Notes under the pieces: model-generated | Seen by the model: only the letters and a program-made list of their open reading frames with translations | What the model was told of the DNA's origin: nothing | Database searches by the model: none | In this document: piece after piece, positions 1-15,246 of the stretch | Layout: the number at the start of each line of letters is the position of its first letter | How positions within the stretch are numbered: position 1 is the stretch's first letter | Translations under genes and position numbers: made by a program | Assembly: GCF_009914755.1 (NCBI RefSeq) | Contig: NC_060938.1 | DNA length: 64,000 bases | Direction: 5' to 3' (one strand) | Source: the human T2T-CHM13v2.0 reference genome, Homo sapiens

Positions 1-606
1 ACCTGTCAAGGCTTTTACCACCCATAGTAACTGGAAAAACCCAGTAGATCAAAAATAGTTTCATCACCTAAGAACGGGTCGACAAGTGAGTGATGTATAA
101 TTAATATTAGCACTCCAGGTGGGGGCATTTTCAATGTTTATCTGGAGCATATAAACCGCAGAGAATCACATCTCATTGTTACAACCAGCTCTTCAGAAAC
201 AACTGCTGTTATGCTAGAATAAGCATATAATCTACATGTTTCACTTTACAAACCTATTATTCCCATAGAATTGTATATTAAAATCTAGTATACAAAATGA
301 TCGAAGCGAAGGGAAATGTTGGCTGTTCAGTCTCTACTCTGCCTCATTCTCTTTCCAACACAGACATTAAGGCACCTCAAAAAACTGCTTTGGGACCCAG
401 TTAAGCATATTTTGAAAATCACAGGTCTAAACCATTCCCTTCTAATTTTCTGAATACCAGTCATTTGGTGCCAAATTATTAGGCAAAGCCCTAACCTCTC
501 ATTTAGTAAGCTGACTTCTCCTGTGGGAACAAACATATTTTTCATTTAATTATTGTGCTTCTTTCACTAATTAAATGTCTTCAATCATTAGAACAACAGT
601 TCCCAA

Positions 607-850
607 TTACTGAGCGCATATTATTTGCCTGCCAGTCCTCAAAGTCCTGATCACATTATCTCATTGAATCTTCACAACCTATAAAATATGTAATACTGTT
701 ATATTATAATAACTTTTCCAGGTTTCCAGATGAGACAAATAACTCTCAGAGAAATTATGGCAATTATGCAAATAAATAGAACTTGCGATGTTCTAATTCG
801 GTCAGGGTTTTCAATCCAGGTCTTTGAAACTCTAGCGCCCACCTGTATAA
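607..850 (-). mobile_element. MIR SINE fragment (degraded)
   Basis: MIR-like segments 'ttactgagcgc', 'tctcattgaatcttcacaacc', 'ccagatgagacaaata', 'ttcaatccaggtct'; boundaries approximate. Confidence 0.65.
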
Positions 851-3800
851 CCCCCACCTGCTGCTGCCACCACCTTTGTTATAGTTTCATACTTGGGATA
901 CTCATTTCTAATTTCTGAATTGGGATTTTTGTTCTTTTCCCCCATATGCTGCTGTTTTTCCACCACTAATTTTATCTTAATATATTTATGTTTACTCTTG
1001 AAAATTCGAACCGTAAGTAACACACCCCAAATATATCCTCAGAATATGTTAAAGGCCACTTGGGTCAAATCATAACTCAGCACCTTGATGTCTGCTGATT
1101 AGCATGAGTGGCTGCCACTTGTCTATCTTGATAAACTGGTTCCTATAAAGGATAGGTCTGTTAATGCACAAAGCACTCTGGATATTGTTTGGCCTGGGCA
1201 ATCATTACTTAACTTGCGACACCCATTATCTTTCCCAGCTTTCATGGAGAAAAATATACACATTTACCAACTTTTTGCCGCCCCAGCAAAGCTTGCTAAT
1301 CAGGTGCAGGTTTGGCTTGTTTTCTGGCAAGCTGGAAGCAGACTTTGTGAGTTCTCTGCATTCCTCAGACTCACTGGAGGGTGCACCTGGCCTTAGTTAA
1401 TTGGGTGAAGGAGTTTTGCCTGTGAGGTGAAAGGAATTAGTGACAGGTTTCCTATTCTCTTGACCCCCTGAGGTGGGATAAAAAGCTTGACTGGCTCCCC
1501 AAGTTTACAAGACCAATTGGGGAAAGACATAATTAAGGTAAAGATGGTGTGGCGTGAAGTTTTTCTCTTGCTTTGGGTTGATAAAGGTCAAGTAACACAA
1601 TTTCAGACAAATGTTGGGTTAGCTGGCTTTATTTTTAATATTAAGCTAGCAAGCAGTAGAGACAACCAACTACATCATTTAGCACCACTGAGTTATAAAT
1701 TTGCCATTATGTGATTTAGTTGAATGATGTTGAATAGGTCTTATAAAGTTTATTGGAGTTCAAGAAAGGAAACCATCACACCTGGCTAGCTCTGACATAA
1801 GGGAAAGTGCCTTGTGGGAGTTGGTTAGACCTTCTAATATGATCAATGGCCTGATGTTACTCAGCAGAAAGAAATAAAAGACTTGACTTGGAAAGTGTGT
1901 TAATTCTTTCGGGCTATTTAGTATAATTTAATGCACCGTAAAGCGCCCCAGGGTATTGAAAGAGTTAAATTCCCTAGACAAAAAGAAGAATTACTCCCTT
2001 TTTTCCTGGAAAAATCTGGCACACATGTATAGAAAGAACTTTATTAGCATGGGTATTAAAATTGGTTTCACTATAAGTGATTTTCCTAGGCCCCATTTCT
2101 GTGCCATCTGTCTTTTTTTTTTCTTTTTTTTTTTTTACCAGTAAAAGCAATAAAATGTACACATTCACTAAAAAGAAAAGAGTAGGGTTTTATGGCATTC
2201 AAGGGTAGTTAAAATTCTGCTCTTTTACAGAATATAGCTTGATCTTTCTGAATACTGTTTTAATAACTAATTTCTAATATATCTATTGCAAATTGTCCAT
2301 AGTTTATGTTAATGGTCACCCAGACAAATTGGGTAAAAACCAAGAACAAAACAAACTCCAAGTAATGTAAACAATAATTACCACTGTGAATACAAAGGGC
2401 ACTTATAGTTTTGATATAGAAAGGCGAATCACAACAGATGAAACACGGACATGAAATAGTGTTAACCTTGCCTTCATGGTCTACTTATAGTAAAGAAAAA
2501 AAAAGCACTCAAATTAATGGGAATTGAATTTTGCCAAGAAAGGCTGCGAACTTCCTGGCCTTGGGGTCTAATCACAATAGAAAATCACTGGCGATAAAAA
2601 AATGAAAAGAATCAATCAGCCATGACCATTGACATTGCTTTTTGCTAATAAAACACCCCCCTTAATTCAGGCCAACAGGCCTCCTACCTCTCCTTATCTG
2701 TGCCTTTTCCTGGCCTTCAGTTTCTTTTATGGAGTTTTCTTTTTTTCTATACTTGCTTATCTTTCAAATTTGTAGCACATATCCTTTTAAACTCTGTAAG
2801 AGTGGCCCGGTTTTCTTTTGACACTCATTATAGTATCCTCTAGATTTGTTGCAAAATTATATTAAACACTACCATGAAGAAATATGCCCTACATGAAGAA
2901 AGAAAGAAATGAATTGGGCCCATTTCTGTTTAATGTTAAAGATTTGATCCTCAGATAATTTGGATATGTCATTTGCTAAAATCTTGTTGCCTAGAATATG
3001 TCATTCTGTGATGCTAGTATTATTCTGAACCAAACCCATTTAATGCATTGATCCCAAAATCATTTTTTAAATAAATAAGGAGCATTACGAATGTTATTCA
3101 GCAGTGAAAAGTCAAGGGCAGAAAACTTAACTTTCCTTCCTGAAGATGTTCTTTGAATAGGAGATAGTCAAAGGTAGAGCTTAAAATAACATATTATTGA
3201 TTTTCCTCTGCCATTAGATCACAAGTATTTCATTCGACTGCATGTTTCACGATTTACCAGAATGCAATGGCATTCTGTTTTTAAAGCCTTTGTGCTCGAT
3301 TACCTAATTTGATCTGCAGAACAGATCTGTACAGTCAGTTTTTCTGAACCTCAATTTTCTCTGTCCTAAATAAGCATGAGTAGCCTCCCACGCCTAAAAA
3401 CTTGTTGAACTGCTGAGCAAACTCATGGGTCCAGAAATGGCCTTTCCGCTATGTTGCGCTGTTAGAACCACAAAACTAATAACGTGTCTTGATATTTTAA
3501 AAAACAATACTTAGAAAAAACCAATTTAATTTTTTATAAATAGCATAGGTAATATACAGCTATTGCAAAATAAATAGAGAAAGCAGAGAAATAAAAGGAA
3601 TAATCATCCCCATATGTCTTCATCGAGACACAACTACTGTTAATATTTTCTTTCTATTCTTTCACCTGTGCATTTGTGGTATGTGACACAATGGTATATT
3701 TTCATTTTTGTATTCTGATTTTTTCCACTTAACATTGTAATAGAACTATATTATGGTGAGAAAATCTGTTTGTAAATTTTGTTTTAACTGCAACTTAGTA

Positions 3801-4029
3801 ATAACAAGCACATATATCAATGTCTATTTCACAATTCTATATTTGGACACATAAAACATTTTTGAGTTAAGTACAATAAATGAACACCTTTGTTCACATA
3901 GTGCTAAATAAATTGAAGGGTGATTGCTTATAATTTTCTAGGGGTAAATTTTGCCAGTTATGAAAATAAACTTTTTAAGTCTGTTGATTTTCAAAATTGT
4001 AAGACAGAGTAATCGCTGTCTTTTAAGGC

Positions 4030-4240
4030 TTACGTTCAAATCTCAATTCTATCTCTTATTCTTGTAGAACTTTTACCAAAATACTTAATTACTTTGTGCC
4101 TCAGTTTCTTCATGTGTAAAGTGTTGATAATAGAGATCATATAAGCCATAAGAGATCATATAAGCCATCACTATACAAGTTAATACAGGCACAAGACTTA
4201 AAGTGATGCTGGCATCTATCAAGTGTTCAATAAATATTAC
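4030..4240 (+). mobile_element. MIR SINE
   Basis: MIR core 'tgtgcctcagtttcttcatgtgtaaagtg' and 3' end 'aagtgttcaataaatatt'. Confidence 0.8.
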
Positions 4241-4449
4241 ATAGTATGTACTCCAACAAGTTTATATAAAGACATTTATTATACATTCCCCTTGACATCA
4301 TAGTGCTTGCTATTTTGAATTAGGATGTTAACGTGAATGTTGTATCTCAGTCCCAAAGTAAAACAATCAACCAAGGAAATACTAAAAGGTACACAACCCC
4401 TATAAGCATCTCACCTTTATGAAGGGAGGTAATACAATTGATATTCAAT

Positions 4450-6330
4450 ATCGACTTTCTCATATGTCAGATATCTACATTTTTGTGGATTGGTTCCTGG
4501 CTTTCTAGTCTGTTTAATTGGTCATTCTGTTTTTTCCTTTGCTATTATCACAATCTTAATTGTAATTATTATTATTTAATATTCAGTGTAATATTTCACC
4601 TCAGCTTTGAGAGTTTCTTGGCTCTTCTTAGACCTTAGTATTTCCATATTAAATTTAGAATTAGATGCCAAGTTTAATTTAAAAATAAATAAAAGTACAG
4701 AGATTTGGCTGAAATTGCATTTTGTAAATAAAACAATTTGGGAATATTTGAAATATTTGTGACAACAATCTTCCCATACATGAAGAATTTACCGAAAACT
4801 TAAATAGTAAGTTGTTCATCTATATTGCTCTACTAGAGAAAGGTTATTAAGCTCTTATTAATTCTAATAATTATATTTATTTCTACTTAATTATATCATG
4901 TATATATAGGAATCATGATAAAACTTTAGTTTCAATCTTCATAACCTTTATGTATGTTTCTTGTTTTCTTGCATTGGCCAGTCGTGGAAGAATAGTGGTT
5001 CTAAAGCAAATCCTTCCATTATTTCTTATCTTAAAGAAAATGCTGCCCAAGATTTATTATTACAATACCCAACACCACTAGACTGCAGACAACCTTTTTG
5101 GATTAAGAAGATTTGCTTCTATTCATACTTTTCTGTGCTATTTTAACGTTAAGAAAACTTGAATTTTATCATATTTTACTGTCTATTTAGATGATCATAT
5201 GATGTTCCCCTGTAATCAATTTGTCTAGTGAATTATATTAATAAATTGCCCTCTCTTAAAGTAATCTTTCATTTCTTGGACAAACTCAACTTGGTTACAG
5301 TAGTTTATAAAATTAAGAACACTGTTATTGTACTTTTTGTCAGGATTACTTCATTGCTTGAGAGAAATTTGCTCCTAATTTTTCTTTCTCTTCTGTCTTT
5401 ATTGAGTTTAAAAAATTATTATTTAAATGTCAATGAAATAAGGTTAGAAGCAAAAAATGTTTAGTATCTGTATTAGTCCGTTTTCATACTGCTATAAAGA
5501 TACTACCTAAGACTGGTTAATTTATAAATAAAAGAGTTTTAATTGACTCAGTTTTGTATGACTGCAGAAGACTAAGGAAATTTACAATCATGATGGAAGG
5601 CAAAGGAGAATCAAGCACCTTCTTCACAAGGTGGTAGGAGAGAGAGAGTGCAAGGAAACTGCTACTTTTAAAACCATGAGGTCTCATGAGAACTCCCTCA
5701 CTATCATGAGAACAGTGTGGGGGAAACTACCACCATGATCCAATCACGTCTGTCCCTTGATATGTGAAGATTACAGATCCTTCCCTCGACACATGGGGAT
5801 TACAATTTGAAATGAGATTTAGGTGGGACAGAGCAAAACCATATCAGTTTCTTCCTGTGTTGTTATTGTGAAATAGTTTCTGTTCAAGTCAAAGTATCTA
5901 TTTTGTAAATGTTTGGTCGATATTACCACTAAAAACATATGATTTCCTCAAAATATGTATAGGGCCATTTTTTGTGCCTTTTTATTTGTTTGGTTGGTAT
6001 TATTTTGTTGGTGAGAAAATATTTATCTATTTTTCAAATTAATATAGGGTTTTTCAAATTTCTCAACTTTTCTTGAAACTATTGTAGTGATTAATGTTTG
6101 GTGACTTAGATAAGATTCTTATATGTTACCAGATTATTTAAATGTTTTGCAAAAAGTTGTTCTCAATATTTGCTTATTAATTTTTTTAATAAACACATCT
6201 CCTATAGTTATATCTTTCTGATTTAAATGGTTCTTTTGTTCTCGTCTTCTTTTTTTCTGAACAATTATCAGAAGTTTTTCAAATTTATTAGTCCTTTGAA
6301 AGAACCAACAGTTGGTTCTGTTGGCTTTAT
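4450..6330 (-). mobile_element. Ancient L1 (L1M/L1ME-type) ORF2 remnant, interrupted by the LTR at 5469-5846
   Basis: Antisense L1 ORF2-like segments 'ttccatattaaatttagaatt', 'gagatttggctgaaattgcatt', 'ttagtcctttgaaagaaccaacagttgg'; heavily decayed. Confidence 0.6.
5469..5846 (-). mobile_element. MaLR solo LTR (THE1D/MSTA-like)
   Basis: Starts 'tgtattagtccgttttcatactgctataaag', ends 'aaaccatatca'; 5-bp TSD gtatc (5464-5468) / gtttc (5847-5851), one mismatch. Confidence 0.92.
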
Positions 6331-7211
6331 TTTACATTTTTTTTTTTTTAATTTCAGTAGTTTCTCCTTTTTTCCGAGTTCTTTTTGTTATAAATTTTAA
6401 GCTTATTTTCATTTTGGTCAGAAGCTTAATCAATATTCTAGAAATACAAGAGAATATTAAGAACAGAAGATGTCACTCATTATTATTTGCCAGAAAATCA
6501 GTATTGAATCTAAAAGGTAATTTTGCATAGACATATTAGGTAGTGGTACTAATTAATAAAATATATTATTGATCTATATATGATTTTATGTTATTGTCTC
6601 AGTGCTACAAGCATAGATGTAGGTGCTATGTCCTCATTTAGTATTTCCTTGGTTGATTGTATTTCGTTGGTTGATTGTTTTACTTTGTGACTGAACTACA
6701 ACATAAGAGAAAATGAAGACATGATCCCTGATTTGAAGACACTGATCATCTTGGCTGCCTATTATTTGCTCTACCCAAAGACCATATCCCACTTTAGGCA
6801 GAAATAATAAATGGTGGTACACTCCAGGGAACCTTCTCCCACATCACCTACCTGGCCCCCTGTATGGTCTATGTGTCTAACAAGGTCTTTGATTGTTTTT
6901 AAGCAACCCATTCCTAATTATGTAAAGGATGGTTACTAATCCACATTTCTGTTTATTTTTTACTGTATATTTTTGAAATTAACACGTAATTCAGGCATGC
7001 CTCATTTTGTTGTGCTTCACTTTATTTTACTTAATAGATGAGACATTTTTTACACATTACAGGTTTGTGGCAACCCTGAATTGAGCAAGTCTCTTGGTGC
7101 TATGTCTTTAACAGAGTGTGCTCATTTCATGATTCTGAGTCACATTTTGGCAATTCTTGAAATATTTCGAACTATGATAATTTGTGACTGGTAATCTTTG
7201 ATGTTACTATT

Positions 7212-7586
7212 TGATATAGTTTGGCTCTGTCCCCACCCAGATCTCATCTTGAACTGTAGTTCCTGTAATCCCCTCATGTCACAGAAGGAACCCGGTGGGA
7301 GGTAATTGAATAATGGGGATGGTTATCTCCACACTGTTCTCATGATAATGAGTGTGAGTTCTCATGACATTTGATGGTTTTATAAGAGGTTTTCCACACC
7401 TTTGCTCTGCACTTCTCCTTGTGCCTGCCATGTGATGAAGTATGTGTTTGTTTCCCTTTTCACCATGATTATGTTTCCTGAGGCCTCCTAAGCCCTGTGG
7501 AACTGTGAATCAACTATACCTCTTGCCCTTATAAATTACCCAGTCTTGGGTATGTCCTTATAGCATTGTGAAAATGGACTAATACG
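7212..7586 (+). mobile_element. THE1-family (THE1C/D-like) MaLR solo LTR inserted in Tigger1
   Basis: Starts 'tgatatagtttggctctgtccccacccag', ends 'ggactaatacg'; perfect 5-bp TSD ctatt (7207-7211 / 7587-7591). Confidence 0.95.
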
Positions 7587-7765
7587 CTATTGTAATTGTT
7601 TTGGTGCACCAGCAACTATACCAATATTTGATGGCAAACTTAATAAATGTATGTGTTCTAACTTCTCCACCAACCAGCATTTCCTCTATCTCTCTTCCAG
7701 TTCTTGGGCCTCTCTATATTCTAAGACATAACAATATTCAAATTAGGCAATTTAATAATGTGACA

Positions 7766-9385
<1,620 letters not shown>

Positions 9386-10343
9386 TATGAGGAGTTGCTT
9401 CTTATGGATGAGCAAAAAAAGTGTTTCTTGAGATAAAATCTACTCCCGGTGAAGATGCAGTGAACATGGCTGAAATGACAACAACAAATTTAGAATATTA
9501 AATAAACTTAGTTTATAAAGCAACAGCAGGGTTTGTGATAACTATTTTTTAAAGAAGTTCTAATGCTATCAAACAGCTTCACATACTACAGGGAAATCTT
9601 TCTTGAAAAGAAGAGTCAATCAATGTGAAAACTTTAATTGCTGTCTTATTTTAAAGAATTTCCACAGAGGCCTCATTCTTCAGCAACCACCGCCATGGTC
9701 AGCCAGCAAGTGTCAACATCGAAACAAGAGCCTCCAATAGCAAAAAGATTGCTGCTTGATGAAGGCTCAGATGATCTTCAGCATTTTTTAAAAATAAAGT
9801 ATTTTTAAAGTAAATAATATACATCTTTTAAAGGACATAATCTTATTGCACACTTAGTAAACTGTCATATGGGGTAAATAAACTTGTATATGCAGTGGGA
9901 AACAAAAAAAAAGTGAGACTTACTTTATTGTAATAGTCACTTTATTTTGGTAGTCTGAAACTGAATCCACAATATGCGGAAGGTATGCCTGTAATTGTAA
10001 ATATTTACGGGGTACAGTGTGATATATCAAAACATGTATACAATATGTAAATATTGAAACAGGGTAATTAGCATATCTGTTACTTCAAACCTTTATTATT
10101 TCTTTCTGTTGAGAACATTCAAATCCCTCTCTTTCACCTATTTGAAAAAATACAAAAAATTGTTGTTCTTTTTTATATTTACTTCAATCGCTACAACTTA
10201 TTCTGCCTGTCAACCTGCCTAACCAATCTCTCTATATCTCTTCTTCCTTCTACCCTTCCCAGCTTCACTATTCCACTCTCTCCTTCTATGAGATCAATCT
10301 TGTTAGATTCCACTTATGAGTGAGAACGTGTGGTATTTATCTC

Positions 10344-10920
10344 TTTTTTTGTTGTTGTTGTTGTTGGTTATTTATGTATTTATTTATTATACTTTAAGTT
10401 CTAAGATACGTGTGCAGAACGTGCAGATTTGTTACATAGGTATACACGTGCCATGGTGGTTTGCTGCACCCATCAACCCATCATCTACATTAGGCATTTC
10501 TCCTAATGCTATCCCTCCCCTAGTCCCCCAACCCCCGGCAGGCCCCAGTATGTGATATTCCCCTCCCTGTGTCCATGTGTTCTCATTTTTCAACTCCCAC
10601 TTATGAGTGAGAAAATGCGGTGTTGGGTTTTCTGTTCCTGTGTTAGTTTGCTGAGAATGATGATTCCAAGCTTCATCCATGTTCCTGCAAAGGACATTAA
10701 CTCATCCATTTTTATGGCTGCATAGTATTCCATGGTGTATATGTGCCACATTTTCTTTATCCAGTCTATCATTGATAGTCAATTTGGGTTGTTTCCAAGT
10801 CTTTGCTATTGTGAATAGTGCTGCAATAAACATATTTTTGCATGTGTCTTTATAGTAGAATGCTTTGTAATCCTTTGGATATACACTCAGTAATGGGATT
10901 GCTGGGTCAAATGGTATTTC
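10344..10920 (-). mobile_element. 5'-truncated L1PA (L1PA7-like) inserted in the 3' region of the older L1
   Basis: T/(GTT)n tail then 'ttattatactttaagttct', L1PA 3'UTR, and ORF2 C-terminal peptides EIPFDPAIPLL and WIKKMWHIYTMEYYAAIK in the ORF track; tggtattt at both junctions. Confidence 0.93.
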
Positions 10921-13900
10921 TGCTTCTGTTCCTGGCTCATTCCACTTCGAAAATGTCCTCAAGGCTCATCCATGTTGCTGCATAACACAGGTTCTTATTT
11001 TTTTAATGGCTAAATAATATTCCATTTTATATGTCTACCACATTTTTTAAATCCATTCACCTGCTGATGGACACTTGGGTTAATTCTGTTTCTTGGTTAC
11101 TGTGAGTAGTGCTGCAATAGTGATGGAAGTGCAGATATCTCTTTGACATGGTGGTTTTCTTTTCTTTGAATAAATTCCCAGGAGTGATATTGCTAGATCT
11201 CATGATAGTTCTATTTTTAGCTTTTTGAAGAAACTTTGTACTGTTTTTCTAATGGTGATAGTAATTTACATTTCCACTGAAAGTATACAAGAGATTCCTT
11301 TTCTCCACATCCTCAAAAACATTTGTTAATTTTTGTATTTTTGATACTAATTGTTCTAATTGGGGCAAGATGATACCTCATTGTAGTGATTTGCATTTCT
11401 CTGATAATTAGTTATGTTGAGCATTTCTTTCTTATACTAGTTGACAATTTGTGTGTCATCTTGTGAGAAATGTCTATTTAGATCGTGTGCCTATTTTTCA
11501 ATTGGATTATTTGTTTTTTGTTATTGGGTTGTTTGAGTTCCTTGTGTATTCTGAATTTGAGTCCCTTATCAAATGAATATTTGCAAATATTTCCTCCCAT
11601 TCCTCATGTTGCCTCTTCACTCTGTTGATTGTTTCCTTTGCTGTGCAGAAATTTTTTAGTTTGATATAATCCCATTTGTCTGTTTTTGTTTTGGTTGCCT
11701 GTGTTTTGACATCTTAACTGTAAAATCTATGCCTAGCTTAAGGTCCTAAATCATTTCTTGTGTGTTTTCTTCCAGTAGTTTTGGCATATCTGGTCTAAAA
11801 TTAAAGTCATTAATCCATTTTGCATTTTTTGAATATATGCTGAGAGATAGTGGCCTAGTTTTATTTTTTCTATATGTAAATCTAGTTTCCCCAGCACTAT
11901 TTATTCAAGAAATTGTCTTTTCCCCAATGAATGTATTTGGCACCTTTATCAAAAATCAGTTGGCCATTAATATGTGGATTTATTTCTTGATTTCTCTATT
12001 CAATTCCAGTGATCTATATGCCTGTCTTTATGCAAATATCATGCTATTGTCATTACTATAGCTATATTGTATATTTTGAAGTCAGGTAGTGTGATGCATC
12101 TTGAATTATTCTTTTTGCTGAGGATTGCTTCAGCTATTTAGGGTCTTTTGTAATTCCATGCAAATGTTAATTTAAAAAAATTCTGTGAAGAATGTCGTTA
12201 ACATTTTATAGACATTTCATTGAATCTATAAATCACTTTGGATAGAATGATTATTTAAACAGTATTTATTATTGCTATCTATGAACATGAGGTGTCTTTC
12301 TATTTTTATGTATGTGTTATTTTCAATTTCTTTTATCTGTGTTTTATAGTTTTCATTGTAAAGGTCTTTTACCTCCTTAGTTAAAGTTATTTCTAGGTAT
12401 TTTAATTTTAGGAGAGCTATTGTAAATGGACTTATATTTTTATATCATTTTTAGCTAGTTTGTTATTGGTATATGGAAACACTACTGATTTTTTACGTTG
12501 ATTTTGTCTCCTGCAACTTTCCTGAATTTATTTATCAGTTCTAAGAGTTTTTGGTAATCTTTAGCTTTTACTCTATATATGATTATGTTGTCTGCAAACA
12601 TGGGTAATTTGACTTTTTTCTTTGCAATCTGGATGCCTCTGTTCACTTTCGTCTGATTGTTCTGGCTAGGACTTCCAGCACTGCATTGAAGAGTGGTAAA
12701 AATGGGCACCCTTTTCTTGTTCCAGTTCTTGGAAAACTTTCAACTTTTTCTCATTTATTATGATATTGCATATGGATTTTTCATATGGTTTTATTATGTT
12801 TAGGTACTTTTTTTCAATACCCAAATTACTGAGAGATTTTTATCATGAAGGAATGTTGAATTTTATCAAATTATTTTCCTGCATCTATTAAGATAATGAC
12901 ACATTTTTTGTTCTTAATTCTGTTGATGTGAGATCACATTTATTGATTTATGTATGTTGAATTATTCTTGCATTTCAAGAACTTTCACTTAATCATGTTA
13001 TATAATATTTTTAACATGTTGTTGAATTTGGTTTGATAGTATCTTGTTGAAGATTTTTGCATGTATGATCATCAGGGAGACTGGCCTGCAGTTTTGTTTT
13101 GTTTTATCCTTGCCTGGTTTTGGTATCAGCTTGAAAAAATTTCCTTCCCTTAAGTTTTTTGAAATACTTTGAGAAGGATTGCTGTTAGTTCTGCTTTAAA
13201 AGTTTGGTAGAATTCACCAGTGAAGGCATCAGTCCTGTATCTTGAGAGACTTTTTCTTACCAATTCAATCCCATTACTCATTTTGGTCAGTTAAGGTGTT
13301 TTATTTCTTCCTTGTTCATCTCGATAGGTTGCACATGTCCAAAAATTTATCCATTTCTTCTAGGTTTTTCAGTTTGTTTGTGTATAGTTGTTCATAATCG
13401 TCTCTAATGATCTTTTGTATTTCTGTGTTATCAATTGTCCTGTCTGCTTTTTCATTACAGATTTCGTGTCTTCTTTTCTTAGTTCATCTAGATAATGATT
13501 CTTCAATTTTTTCTTTTCATGAAACAACTTTTTGTTTTATTGATAATTTGTAATACTTTTTAGTTTTCATATTGTTAATTTCTGTTCTGATAATTATTAT
13601 TTCCTTGTATTAATTTTGGCTTTTTTTCCTGCTTTTCTAGTCCCTTGAAGTTCATCACTAGGTAGTTCATCTTTCTACTCTTTTGATGTAAGTATTTACT
13701 GTTAGAAACTTTCTTATTAGTCCTGCTTTTCTTGTATCTCATAAGTTTTGTATGTTATATTTTTATTTCCTTTTGTTTCACGATTGTTATTTTTTTTTAT
13801 TTCTTTCTTGACCAGTGCTCATTCAGGAGCATGTTGTTTAATTTCCATATTTACAGTTTCCAAAGTTTCCCTTGATATTGATTTTTTGTTTTATTCCACT

Positions 13901-15219
13901 ATGATCAGAAAAGAAACTTGATATGATTTCAAATTTTAAAACATTTGTTGAAGTTTGTTTTGGAGCCTAGAATATGGTCTTTCCTAGGTACTCTTTCATG
14001 TGCTAGTAAGAAGAATGTGCATTCTGACATTGTTGGATGAAGTGTTCTGTGTCTGTTAGGTCCATTTGGTCTACAGTACAGTTTAAGTCTAATGTTTCTT
14101 TGTTAATTGTTTATCTAGATGATCTATCCATTGCTGAGACTGACATGTTCAAGTCCCCATCTACTATTTTATTGGAGTCTATTTCTCATTTTTAATCAAA
14201 TACTTGTTTTATATATCTGTTGCTCTGGTGTTGGGTGCATATATATTTACAGTTTTTTTCTCTATTTGAGTGTATCCTTTTATCATCATATAGTGACCTC
14301 CTTTGTCCCTCTGTTTACAGTTTTTTGACTTAAAGTTTATTTTATCTGGTGTAAGTATAGCTCCTCCTGCTTTTTTGTGGTTGTGGTTTTTATTTGCATG
14401 GAATTTTTTTTTTATCTCTTCACTTTCAGTCTCTATGTGTCTTTACAGGTGAAGTGAGTTTCTTATAGGTAGCATGTGGTTGGGTACTGTTTTTTTATTC
14501 ATTCAATCAGCTTATATTTTTTTAAATGGAGGAATTTAATCTATTTACATTCAAGGCTATTATTGATAGTTAAGGACTTAACTCCTGTCATTTTGCTAGT
14601 TGTTCTCTGGTTGTTTCGTATATACACTGTTTCTTCCTTCTTCTGTTTATCTTTGTGGTTTGGTGTTTTTCTATAGTGATAGATATTGATTTATTTGTCT
14701 TTCTCATTTGTGTATCTGCTCTATCAGTGAGTTTTATTCTTTTGTGTGTTTTCGTGGTGGTGGTAGTTTTCTCATTTTGCTTTCAGATGTAGGACCTCAT
14801 CAAGCATTTCCTGTATGGCCGGTCTAGTATGATAGACTTCTTCAGGTTTTGCTTGCCTTGGAAAGACTATTTCCTTTCATTTCTGAAGAATAGCTTTGCT
14901 GGGTATGGTATGCTTAACTGGCAGGTTTTTTTTTCTTTTCCACTTTAATAATATCACTTATTCTTTCCTATCTTGTAAGGTTTATGCTGAAAAATCTGCT
15001 TTAATCTACTAAAGATCCCCTTATATGTGACTTGACACTTTTCTCTTGATATTTTCAAAAATTCTTTGTTTTTGACTTGTGGTAGTCTGCCTATAATGTG
15101 CCTCAGTGGGGATCCTTTTGAAATGAAACTGTTTGGAACTTTTAAGTTTCCTGGATCTGGATGTCCATAGCACTACTAATACTTGGGACGTTTACAGATA
15201 TTATTTCAGTAAATAGGTG

Positions 15220-15246
15220 TTTTTTTTTTTTTTTTTTTTTTTTTTT
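15220..15246. repeat. T27 homopolymer within the L1
   Basis: 27 consecutive T. Confidence 0.95.

Noticed and set aside
5469-7586. THE1 provirus (LTR-internal-LTR)
   Set aside because: The LTRs are in opposite orientation with different TSDs, and the intervening DNA is old L1/unique/Tigger1 sequence, not THE1-int.
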